Below are positions 1-6,599 of a stretch of 21,394 nt of DNA, piece after piece. The DNA is from an uncultured virus (IMG/VR IMGVR_UViG_3300010283_000001). Taxonomy: Duplodnaviria > Heunggongvirae > Uroviricota > Caudoviricetes. The position numbers were made by a program, and so were the translations under genes. The stretch lies in the IMG/VR virus record IMGVR_UViG_3300010283_000001; one strand, given 5' to 3'. Position 1 is the first letter of the stretch. Every line of letters starts with the position of its first letter. The notes below the pieces were generated by a model, which was not told where the DNA came from, made no database searches, and was given only the letters and a program-made list of their open reading frames with translations.

Positions 1-22
1 CATAGTAAGAGAGATTATCAAG

Positions 23-238
23 ATGGCTAATATCCGCACACTGTTAAAAAATGCAAGTCAAGTTTTATTTTCAGATGACGAGTATTTCAACAAAGACATT
101 ACAGGCGTGAAAAATTTAAAAGACGTGAAGGATGTTATCGGTATCCGTGGATCTTTACGTAAAGGTGACATATACGGTAACAAGGTGCAATATAAACTGT
201 CAAAAGATTATGATTTTACTTTGACAATTATCAACTAA
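23..238 (+). CDS. hypothetical protein, 71 aa
   Basis: ORF track; purine-rich AAGAGAG leader; co-oriented with neighbours. Confidence 0.75.
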   Translation: MANIRTLLKNASQVLFSDDEYFNKDITGVKNLKDVKDVIGIRGSLRKGDIYGNKVQYKLSKDYDFTLTIIN

Positions 239-249
239 GGGATCACAAA

Positions 250-408
250 ATGAAAACTTGCCAATGTGGTAAAAAGTCTATCTCTGGTTTAAAACGTGGC
301 GTTGCTCTTTGTCAATATCACTATAACGCTCAAACGTGGGGTAAGCAGTGGGCGGATCAGGTGGAAGAGGCAAAGAAAGAAAATATAAAAGTAGTTGCAA
401 AGAAATAA
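250..408 (+). CDS. small putative zinc-binding protein, 52 aa (MKTCQCGKK...LCQYH...)
   Basis: Manually translated, below track cut-off; TAAGGG SD upstream; CxC...CxxH motif. Confidence 0.75.
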   Translation: MKTCQCGKKSISGLKRGVALCQYHYNAQTWGKQWADQVEEAKKENIKVVAKK

Positions 409-455
409 AAATAGAGTAAACTGTATTCATCAAGGCGGTGGAATAGCCCACCGCC
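395..455 (+). promoter_or_regulatory. sigma70 promoter plus 5' hairpin (variant)
   Basis: TTGCAA(395-400)-16-TAAACT(417-422); hairpin GGCGGTGG-AATAGC-CCACCGCC 434-455. Confidence 0.7.
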
Positions 456-479
456 TAACAAAGAGAAGAGGAAAACATC

Positions 480-650
480 ATGATCACTTTCGCTACCCGT
501 GAAGCCGCTCGCAACGTTGCACGTAAAGTTAACGCCGCCAACCTGGGCGCTACACTTAAAGCCCCGGTAAAAGATGAATCAGGTAAATGGATCTTTCCTG
601 GTCTGCGTCACGCTGATAAGCTGGGAACATTAACTTTAAAAAATAAATAA
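480..650 (+). CDS. small basic protein, 56 aa (MITFATREAARNVARK...)
   Basis: Manually translated; GAGG SD; codons typical of high expression (CGT, GCT, AAC, CTG); lies between two promoter cassettes. Confidence 0.85.
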   Translation: MITFATREAARNVARKVNAANLGATLKAPVKDESGKWIFPGLRHADKLGTLTLKNK

Positions 651-657
651 TATCCGC

Positions 658-716
658 TTGACAGTAGCATGATTTATAAGTAAAGTAACAACAACGGCGG
701 GAAATGGTTTCCCGCC
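658..716 (+). promoter_or_regulatory. sigma70 promoter plus 5' hairpin (type copy)
   Basis: TTGACA(658-663)-17-TAAAGT(681-686); GGCGGGAAA-TGG-TTTCCCGCC 696-716. Confidence 0.9.
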
Positions 717-736
717 AACAATAAAGAGATAAGATT

Positions 737-1096
737 ATGAAATCAGTAAAAGCAATCAAAACTTACATTGTATCGGCTATTTCTTTTGAAGGTACTACAA
801 CCGAAAAAGAAAAAATCACCGAACTGATGCGCCGTTTTAATTCTGAATACTGGTATCCCGATAATCAAAAACGTTACAATTATAACGTGATCAAGGCGAT
901 AGCCTCATGGTTACAAGGTTTACCGTCAGACATTAACATCGCCTTTGATTATAACGAGATTGATCATTTATTAATTGAATGGAAGTACATAAAAGAAACA
1001 AGCAAAGAAACAACCGTTACCCGTGAGCGGGAAAATTATTGGTTATATATTGCAAGCATGATCGTAATCCTGGCAAAACAGCATAACGTGGCGTAA
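737..1096 (+). CDS. phage hypothetical protein, 119 aa
   Basis: ORF track; directly follows a promoter-hairpin cassette; AAAGAGA leader. Confidence 0.9.
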   Translation: MKSVKAIKTYIVSAISFEGTTTEKEKITELMRRFNSEYWYPDNQKRYNYNVIKAIASWLQGLPSDINIAFDYNEIDHLLIEWKYIKETSKETTVTRERENYWLYIASMIVILAKQHNVA

Positions 1097-1111
1097 TTAA
1101 GAGGAAGAAAC

Positions 1112-1249
1112 ATGAACGCATCACAGCAGATCGAAAAATTCAACCGCAGCAAGGCGCGTAAAGATTGGAACGAAGAGATCACCAAAAAAGGCGACAAGCG
1201 GAACAAAACAAAGAGAGATCGCAGCACAAAAAGATACTGGAACGAATAA
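1112..1249 (+). CDS. T7 gp1.1-like basic peptide, 45 aa
   Basis: Manual translation MNASQQIEKFNRSKARKDWNEEITKKGDKRNKTKRDRSTKRYWNE; GAGG SD; C-terminal half resembles recalled T7 gp1.1 (KGRKLNKTKRDRSHKRSW). Confidence 0.8.
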   Translation: MNASQQIEKFNRSKARKDWNEEITKKGDKRNKTKRDRSTKRYWNE

Positions 1250-1252
1250 CAA

Positions 1253-1277
1253 AAAAGGGCGCAATAAGCGCCCTTTT
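1253..1277 (+). terminator. Rho-independent terminator
   Basis: AAAAGGGCGC-AATAA-GCGCCCTTTT. Confidence 0.85.
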
Positions 1278-1367
1278 AGCTTATATAGAGGCTTGTTACC
1301 CATAGGCAATGGTAACGCCAGGATAAGCCTATAAACCACGTTAGACAGCTTTACAGGAGCTTTAAAA

Positions 1368-1550
1368 ATGAAATTAGACGAAATAAGCAAGGCACTAGCC
1401 CAGGGGCAAAGGTTATGCGCCCGATATCGTGATCAATATGGCTTCATAACTAGCGGCGTGATCCTGGGGATTGAAGGCAATAAGATTTTTATTGACACGT
1501 TGAAAAACGTTGTATATAGTGACAATATAATCTCAATAAAACATATATGA
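1368..1550 (+). CDS. hypothetical protein, 60 aa
   Basis: ORF track; AGGAG SD. Confidence 0.7.
   Translation: MKLDEISKALAQGQRLCARYRDQYGFITSGVILGIEGNKIFIDTLKNVVYSDNIISIKHI
1492..1520 (+). promoter_or_regulatory. sigma70 promoter internal to 1368..1550
   Basis: TTGACA-17-TATAGT. Confidence 0.8.
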
Positions 1551-1558
1551 GGCAAGAA

Positions 1559-1960
1559 ATGAAAAAATTATTGATCGCTGGTTTAATCTCTTTTGGCATG
1601 GTTGGAACATCTAGCGCGGCGATATCCTCCACAGTAGCAGAATTAAGCGCCGTTGATGCAATGGAAAACGTCATGCTTATTAATAATGCGATCCCCGATG
1701 AAATCATGGAGGATTCACACATGATCGCTTATGGTGCTGTTACACAACTAACGGCAAAAATAGATAAATCTATTGTTAATGGCTTAAATGAAGATGTACC
1801 ATGTGAAATTATTACCAGTGTGCTGACTACTCAAAATTTTACGCCGTGGTTAAAAAGTATTCAAAAAGTACACAGTACAGCCGCAGATCGTAGCAATGAA
1901 AAACTAGTGTCAGCACTTGCAACGTATACCCTGGCAAAATGCACCGAGATAAAAGATTGA
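1559..1960 (+). CDS. secreted/periplasmic hypothetical protein, 133 aa
   Basis: Start moved to ATG1559 after GAGG; signal peptide MKKLLIAGLISFGMVGTSSA; two Cys. Confidence 0.8.
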   Translation: MKKLLIAGLISFGMVGTSSAAISSTVAELSAVDAMENVMLINNAIPDEIMEDSHMIAYGAVTQLTAKIDKSIVNGLNEDVPCEIITSVLTTQNFTPWLKSIQKVHSTAADRSNEKLVSALATYTLAKCTEIKD

Positions 1961-1985
1961 CAACATAGAAAGCACGTTATAAGAT
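1957..1985 (+). promoter_or_regulatory. sigma70 promoter
   Basis: TTGACA-17-TAAGAT; no downstream hairpin. Confidence 0.8.
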
Positions 1986-2007
1986 ACACACAACAAAGGA
2001 GAACTAC

Positions 2008-2310
2008 ATGAACGGCATAGCTAAAACGTTTTTTCTTTTTTCTGGTGTAAATGATCCATCAATAAAAGTCGATAGTGTAAAAGAAAACAATACTATCACC
2101 GCTAAATTGTTTCAAGATGAAACAAATAACGTGCTAATCATTAATCTTAAAGAAATAACTAAAGGTTATTATACTATTGCTTACCATGCGATTTATCATG
2201 CTGGTACTAGTGAGGAAGTGCAAACAAGCAACAACGAAAGCGCGGCGCTACCTGGTGATCTGGTGCTGGGCGTTATCAGTTTAATTGTCAATGATTTTTT
2301 TAAGGAGTAA
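2008..2310 (+). CDS. hypothetical protein, 100 aa
   Basis: ORF track; AAGGAG SD. Confidence 0.85.
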   Translation: MNGIAKTFFLFSGVNDPSIKVDSVKENNTITAKLFQDETNNVLIINLKEITKGYYTIAYHAIYHAGTSEEVQTSNNESAALPGDLVLGVISLIVNDFFKE

Positions 2311-2314
2311 AACC

Positions 2315-2410
2315 ATGCCCTATTTACATTTATTTTTCGGTATCTTATTGACAGGATCTTTTTTCTTCTGTATGCTTGTTTCTATTGTAAACCACGTTTT
2401 AAGACATTAA
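2315..2410 (+). CDS. small membrane peptide, 31 aa
   Basis: Manual: MPYLHLFFGILLTGSFFFCMLVSIVNHVLRH; TAAGGAG SD. Confidence 0.7.
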   Translation: MPYLHLFFGILLTGSFFFCMLVSIVNHVLRH

Positions 2411-2419
2411 GGAAACAGC

Positions 2420-2539
2420 ATGAAAATTATTCCCGTACAATATAGCGTAATAAATCCAGCATATGAGGAAGGAAGGAAAACAAGCATGGCTTTATGTTGT
2501 ATTGCTACTATAGCCATGTTGTTATACATTGTGTTTTAA
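2420..2539 (+). CDS. small peptide with hydrophobic C-terminus, 39 aa
   Basis: Manual: MKIIPVQYSVINPAYEEGRKTSMALCCIATIAMLLYIVF; TAAGGA SD. Confidence 0.6.
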   Translation: MKIIPVQYSVINPAYEEGRKTSMALCCIATIAMLLYIVF

Positions 2540-2568
2540 TAGGTTTTATAGTTGTACGCTTTAAAGGC

Positions 2569-2620
2569 TTGACAATTTTTTGTTATGCTTTAAACTATAT
2601 CTTGAAAACGGCAAAGGCCG
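2569..2620 (+). promoter_or_regulatory. sigma70 promoter plus minimal hairpin
   Basis: TTGACA(2569-2574)-16-TAAACT(2591-2596); CGGC-AAAG-GCCG 2609-2620. Confidence 0.75.
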
Positions 2621-2639
2621 CAAACAAAAGGGTAAAATT

Positions 2640-2963
2640 ATGAAATCTGTGATCGGTGTTTATTTGGATAACTCTGATTTTTTCTATCATCGCGCGCGTT
2701 TACTTGATGCTATTGAAATGATAGAATCAGGCTTTAAAGAGTATCGCCTTGCACATGATGACCTGGAAGCATTACAGGGCAATAGTGTTTTTACATTGCA
2801 AGCGAAAGCACTATGCAAAAGCCGGATCGAGATTGCAAGTAAAAAGATAGAACGCGGCATGTCCTGGTTGCGCACCGCAGAAATCAACATGGGGCAATGG
2901 TACGGCGAAAACTTAGAAAATAAACATACTTTTGTCAATGTAGAAAATATTGAAGATTATTGA
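2640..2963 (+). CDS. hypothetical protein, 107 aa
   Basis: Start moved to ATG2640, downstream of the promoter and AAGGG SD. Confidence 0.85.
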   Translation: MKSVIGVYLDNSDFFYHRARLLDAIEMIESGFKEYRLAHDDLEALQGNSVFTLQAKALCKSRIEIASKKIERGMSWLRTAEINMGQWYGENLENKHTFVNVENIEDY

Positions 2964-3025
2964 TTGACAGCACACCTAACAGATAGTATATTGTATCTCA
3001 TAGAGCGGGGAAATGGTTTCCCCGC
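2964..3025 (+). promoter_or_regulatory. sigma70 promoter plus 5' hairpin
   Basis: TTGACA-17-TATATT(2987-2992); GCGGGGAAA-TGG-TTTCCCCGC 3005-3025. Confidence 0.9.
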
Positions 3026-3045
3026 CTTAACAGAAGAGATAAGCT

Positions 3046-3330
3046 ATGAAGATCACAAAAGCACTTTCCAACTATGCAGCACGTCGCGGATTATGTTTAA
3101 CCGTTGAAAATTTAGGGAAAGAAGATTTTTTGTGCTTTTGGGAGCTTGAGAATGATAATGAGTGGATCTTCTCTTATTCTATCTGCGAAGATCAAAACGG
3201 TTGTTTATTAACCTGGCGCGGTAATATCTATTTACCGGAAGAAATCAAAGAAGAATTACCAGGCACGATCATGACTGAGAAACAGCTTAAGGAAGTGATC
3301 AATTTTGTAGGGCAAAACATTAAAAAATAA
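3046..3330 (+). CDS. hypothetical protein, 94 aa
   Basis: ORF track; follows cassette leader. Confidence 0.9.
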   Translation: MKITKALSNYAARRGLCLTVENLGKEDFLCFWELENDNEWIFSYSICEDQNGCLLTWRGNIYLPEEIKEELPGTIMTEKQLKEVINFVGQNIKK

Positions 3331-3331
3331 T

Positions 3332-3392
3332 TTGACACCAGGCAAACAACGTAGTAAAGTTTATCACATAAGGCGGGAAATGGTTTCCCGCT
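3332..3392 (+). promoter_or_regulatory. sigma70 promoter plus 5' hairpin
   Basis: TTGACA-17-TAAAGT(3355-3360); GGCGGGAAA-TGG-TTTCCCGCT 3372-3392. Confidence 0.9.
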
Positions 3393-3413
3393 CACAACAA
3401 AAGAGAACAAATC

Positions 3414-3584
3414 ATGATCCCGACTATGTTTTACGTATCGCGCAAAGGTCACAATATTTTTTGGTCTGAAGATTTAAATGAAGCCATGACGTTTGCCCGT
3501 GATCGTGTTGCTATCGGTGGAGTTAACATTACCGTAACCGATGAAAACGGCATTGAATACTATAACGGCGACGATGAAGAGTAA
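3414..3584 (+). CDS. small acidic protein, 56 aa (MIPTMFYVSRKG...NGDDEE)
   Basis: Manual translation; follows cassette leader AAAGAGA. Confidence 0.85.
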   Translation: MIPTMFYVSRKGHNIFWSEDLNEAMTFARDRVAIGGVNITVTDENGIEYYNGDDEE

Positions 3585-3650
3585 TTAATAAGGCGGGGAA
3601 TACTTCCCGCCACGCAGTGAATTTTCCGTTTGGGAAGTAAAAAATAAATC

Positions 3651-3708
3651 TTGACGATAATTTGTTATCTGATAGAATGTATTCCGTAGGGCGGCAATAG
3701 TGCCGCTC
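3651..3708 (+). promoter_or_regulatory. sigma70 promoter plus 5' hairpin (variant)
   Basis: TTGACG-16-TAGAAT(3673-3678); GCGGCA-ATAG-TGCCGC 3691-3706. Confidence 0.85.
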
Positions 3709-3729
3709 ACAACTAAAAGAGAAATCATC

Positions 3730-3924
3730 ATGGCGCTTAAAAAACTAACAAGCAATACACGTTGGGATGAAATTGACGGGGAAGTATACATTTTCGCCCG
3801 TAAACCAGGTGATCAAAAATGGTCAAAGGCTTTTACTTGCCACCCTGCAACAATAGATCTAATAAAAAGTAAAGGTTTACGTGAAGCAGTAGCGAGAAGT
3901 TTACTGATCCCTTATAAAAAATAG
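3730..3924 (+). CDS. small basic protein, 64 aa
   Basis: Start moved to ATG3730 after AAAGAGA leader. Confidence 0.85.
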   Translation: MALKKLTSNTRWDEIDGEVYIFARKPGDQKWSKAFTCHPATIDLIKSKGLREAVARSLLIPYKK

Positions 3925-3925
3925 T

Positions 3926-3987
3926 TTGACAATATGCTGTTATCTGGTAAAGTGTACTACATAGGGCGGGGCAATAAGGCAACGCCC
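3926..3987 (+). promoter_or_regulatory. sigma70 promoter plus degenerate hairpin
   Basis: TTGACA-16-TAAAGT(3948-3953) with TGn extension; GGGCG...CGCCC 3964-3987. Confidence 0.8.
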
Positions 3988-4005
3988 ATTAATGAGGGTA
4001 GAATC

Positions 4006-4110
4006 ATGTTAGAGAAAATTTTCACGGTTGTAGTAGTTGGCCTGGCGTTATCGGTTGGATTGGTTGCAACTATGGCTAACATGATCCTATCTTCCCACGG
4101 TATTGGATAA
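4006..4110 (+). CDS. small membrane peptide, 34 aa
   Basis: Manual: MLEKIFTVVVVGLALSVGLVATMANMILSSHGIG; GAGG SD. Confidence 0.75.
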   Translation: MLEKIFTVVVVGLALSVGLVATMANMILSSHGIG

Positions 4111-4120
4111 GGTGAATCAA

Positions 4121-4336
4121 ATGATCACGAATAAGACAGGTAAAACAGAATTTTTACGCGGCTTGCAAATTGGTAAACCTGAAATATGGCATTGCACTAA
4201 ATCCGCGCATAATGAAATGAAAGATTTTACTGCTACTTTACAACGTGTTAAAATATCTATCACGCAGAAAAAAGCCTTGTTAGTAGTAGAAAACGAGATA
4301 CCGCAAACCATTATTATTGTCGAGCGTACAGCATGA
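4121..4336 (+). CDS. hypothetical protein, 71 aa
   Basis: Start moved to ATG4121 after TAAGGTG; ATGA overlap with next gene. Confidence 0.8.
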   Translation: MITNKTGKTEFLRGLQIGKPEIWHCTKSAHNEMKDFTATLQRVKISITQKKALLVVENEIPQTIIIVERTA

Positions 4337-4719
4337 AAACTGAAATCATTATTGAAATCATCAACGGTTATAAAGAAGCCTTTATTTTTGCTGAATCAGC
4401 CAGGGATCATGAAGGCTATTTTATTGATAACTTAGACGATTATGATTTTTCAGATCAAGCCCATCAGCGGATCATTCATGACGTAGCGGCTTATTGTGAT
4501 GCCAATGATGCTGCTATCTCTGAGGCAATGAGCGACGGCGCTACAGCAAACCAGATCGGGAATGACTTACATTTCACCCGTAACGGTCACGGCGTAGGCT
4601 TTTGGGATCGCCCTGAAATATACACTACTAACACCGCCAACCGCCTAACAAATGCAGCTAAATTAATGCCATCGGTGCATGCTTACATTGGTGAAGATAA
4701 TTTGATTTATATTGAATAA
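4333..4719 (+). CDS. acidic phage hypothetical protein, 128 aa (FTRNGHGVGFWDR motif)
   Basis: ORF track; translationally coupled; motif recalled from uncharacterised phage proteins. Confidence 0.9.
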   Translation: MKTEIIIEIINGYKEAFIFAESARDHEGYFIDNLDDYDFSDQAHQRIIHDVAAYCDANDAAISEAMSDGATANQIGNDLHFTRNGHGVGFWDRPEIYTTNTANRLTNAAKLMPSVHAYIGEDNLIYIE

Positions 4720-4725
4720 AAAGTA

Positions 4726-4784
4726 TTGACACCGATCCCCAGTATGTTATTATTTACCACGTAGGCGGGAAATGGTTTCCCGCC
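4726..4784 (+). promoter_or_regulatory. sigma70 promoter plus 5' hairpin (type copy)
   Basis: TTGACA-16-TATTAT(4748-4753) with TGn; GGCGGGAAATGGTTTCCCGCC 4764-4784. Confidence 0.9.
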
Positions 4785-4807
4785 AGGTAATCAAAAAGGT
4801 AAATACT

Positions 4808-5197
4808 ATGCGCAACCTGGTTTCTGTTTCTAACGTTGAAAAATTTCAATCCTTACAGGGTATCGTTAACAACGTAGCGCCTTTTTTAGTCAATGGCTTG
4901 ATTGCAAAGATGAAAAATAAACATCATGCGGCATGGTCTGCTTACTGCTTTGATAATGATGAAAAAGCGGCTGAAATGATGTTAGATATGCTGTTAGATA
5001 GTGTAGAAACATCTTTACCGGAAAACATCGCAGAAGAGATCACCTATCGTTATAATATGGCGATCACTTACCAGGAGGTTGCGCAATTTAATATGATGGA
5101 TGATGACGAACAACAGGATCAGGAAATGTTCTGGGAGTATGCAGATCGTCAATCGGCTTTTGATGAAAAGTTAGCGATGTATTATAACGAATATTAA
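4808..5197 (+). CDS. acidic hypothetical protein, 129 aa
   Basis: Start moved to ATG4808 after AAGGT; the track start lies inside the hairpin. Confidence 0.9.
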   Translation: MRNLVSVSNVEKFQSLQGIVNNVAPFLVNGLIAKMKNKHHAAWSAYCFDNDEKAAEMMLDMLLDSVETSLPENIAEEITYRYNMAITYQEVAQFNMMDDDEQQDQEMFWEYADRQSAFDEKLAMYYNEY

Positions 5198-5214
5198 TAC
5201 ACGGTAAAAGAAAG

Positions 5215-5237
5215 GGGCGCACTAAGCGCCCTTTTTT
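5215..5237 (+). terminator. Rho-independent terminator
   Basis: GGGCGC-ACTAA-GCGCCC-TTTTTT. Confidence 0.9.
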
Positions 5238-5423
5238 GTATTCTTTTTTCACGATGGAAGTAACACGTAAAGAATAAACGTAAAAGGTGGCGTAAAACAG
5301 CCTAAAACCGATTATAACCGCTTAAACAAGGTAATAATGACTAATCACCTTGCCAGGATGAAAAAGCTGTTATAAAGCTATTTAGAGCGTTTAAAGCACA
5401 TAGGAAATAATTTGCTTTTTATC

Positions 5424-5452
5424 TTGCCTTTTATCCTGCTTTTGATTATTAT
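5424..5452 (+). promoter_or_regulatory. sigma70 promoter with no directly linked ORF
   Basis: TTGCCT-17-TATTAT followed by a GGGCGG start like the other cassettes. Confidence 0.6.
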
Positions 5453-5583
5453 TATGGAACGGGCGGCACCTGGGGACAGGGGAAGGTAATCACCGGAAGA
5501 TCCCGCTATATATTGATAGCTAATATCTATTAAACAACAAAACATCAAAGGAATAAACTATCAAATCTTTACAATTCTACCTA

Positions 5584-5645
5584 TTGACACAGGATCACCC
5601 TTATAATAAGATGTATCCAGTAGGGCGGGAAATGGTTTCCCGCTT
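5584..5645 (+). promoter_or_regulatory. sigma70 promoter plus 5' hairpin
   Basis: TTGACA-17-TAAGAT(5607-5612); GCGGGAAATGGTTTCCCGC 5625-5643. Confidence 0.9.
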
Positions 5646-5662
5646 GATATAGGAATCATACC

Positions 5663-5896
5663 ATGATCGAACAAATTAAAAGCACTACACCAAATGTTAA
5701 CGGCAATGTTTCACACTTTATCGGTGATAATGAAAGGGGTACACCATACGCCGCCGTAACCGTGCAACCTAATGGCGATTATTGGTTTACCGTGTACGGA
5801 TCATACTCTTTCGGACGCCCGGCACATGATAAGATCTTGCAAGCGGTTAAGCCTACTGGGAAGAATATCACAGCAGAAAAATTTTATAAAAAATAG
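5663..5896 (+). CDS. hypothetical protein, 77 aa
   Basis: ORF track; AGGA SD. Confidence 0.85.
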   Translation: MIEQIKSTTPNVNGNVSHFIGDNERGTPYAAVTVQPNGDYWFTVYGSYSFGRPAHDKILQAVKPTGKNITAEKFYKK

Positions 5897-5897
5897 C

Positions 5898-5939
5898 TTG
5901 CTTTATAGCCGCTGTTAATTTATAGTTATCGTGTAGGGC
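5898..5939 (+). promoter_or_regulatory. sigma70 promoter
   Basis: TTGCTT-17-TATAGT(5921-5926); keeps the GTAGGGC start motif but lacks the hairpin. Confidence 0.8.
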
Positions 5940-5971
5940 AAACAATTTTAAACGGTAAACGAGGAATCACC

Positions 5972-6355
5972 ATGAGCAATATCATCAACCTGGCAGCGAC
6001 TGTAAACGGTAAAGACTTTAACGGCGCTGTAGACCGTGATCCTATGTGGTGCTTATCAGTGTTTAAAGGCGATCTGGTTGAAGTTAGAACAACCGAAGGT
6101 TATAGCGACGATTATAAATGCGAGATTCATTTACACAACTGGTACACGGGTAAAACTTATGCGCTGAATCATGCGTTTATCGGCAAGGTTGAATATAGAG
6201 AAATGATCGACGAGGAAACAGGGCAAGATTTTAGCGATTATGTTTATATTCGTTCAGAAACATTAGCCGAACGTTTGATCGAGAAAATGAAAGCAAAAAA
6301 TAAAATTAATTTAGCTCATTGGATTGATATAACAAACGATTCTGCTTATCAGTAA
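5972..6355 (+). CDS. hypothetical protein, 127 aa
   Basis: ORF track; GAGG SD. Confidence 0.9.
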   Translation: MSNIINLAATVNGKDFNGAVDRDPMWCLSVFKGDLVEVRTTEGYSDDYKCEIHLHNWYTGKTYALNHAFIGKVEYREMIDEETGQDFSDYVYIRSETLAERLIEKMKAKNKINLAHWIDITNDSAYQ

Positions 6356-6370
6356 ATAACATTTCATACC

Positions 6371-6397
6371 AGGGCGCACAAAGCGCCCTTTCTTTTT
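6371..6397 (+). terminator. Rho-independent terminator ending the early block
   Basis: AGGGCGC-ACAAA-GCGCCCT-TTCTTTTT. Confidence 0.9.
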
Positions 6398-6599
6398 ACC
6401 TAAGTAAAGATGATAGCTTTTACCTATCAAAAACGTTCACCGAAAAAAGTGAATAGATCGCGGTATCGAGCTAATCAAGGAGCAGATGAACAACCATACC
6501 ATGAAGATCATAAGGCGCTTACAACGTGTTTTAGACCGCTTATTTTTAATTTCTCAATGTAACTATCTGGCAAAAACAGCCTTTTTCTTGTCTTTCCTC

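Noticed and set aside
4808..5197. Naming this protein Ocr
   Set aside because: Only acidity is shared; no recognisable Ocr sequence motifs
434..5645. Repeated palindrome as a CRISPR array
   Set aside because: Spacing is irregular (hundreds to thousands of bp), whole genes and promoters lie between copies, and no cas genes are present
434..5645. Repeats as integron attC sites or N4-type hairpin promoters
   Set aside because: No RYYYAAC/GTTRRRY ends and too short for attC; each has a normal sigma70 -35/-10 and lacks the GNA loop
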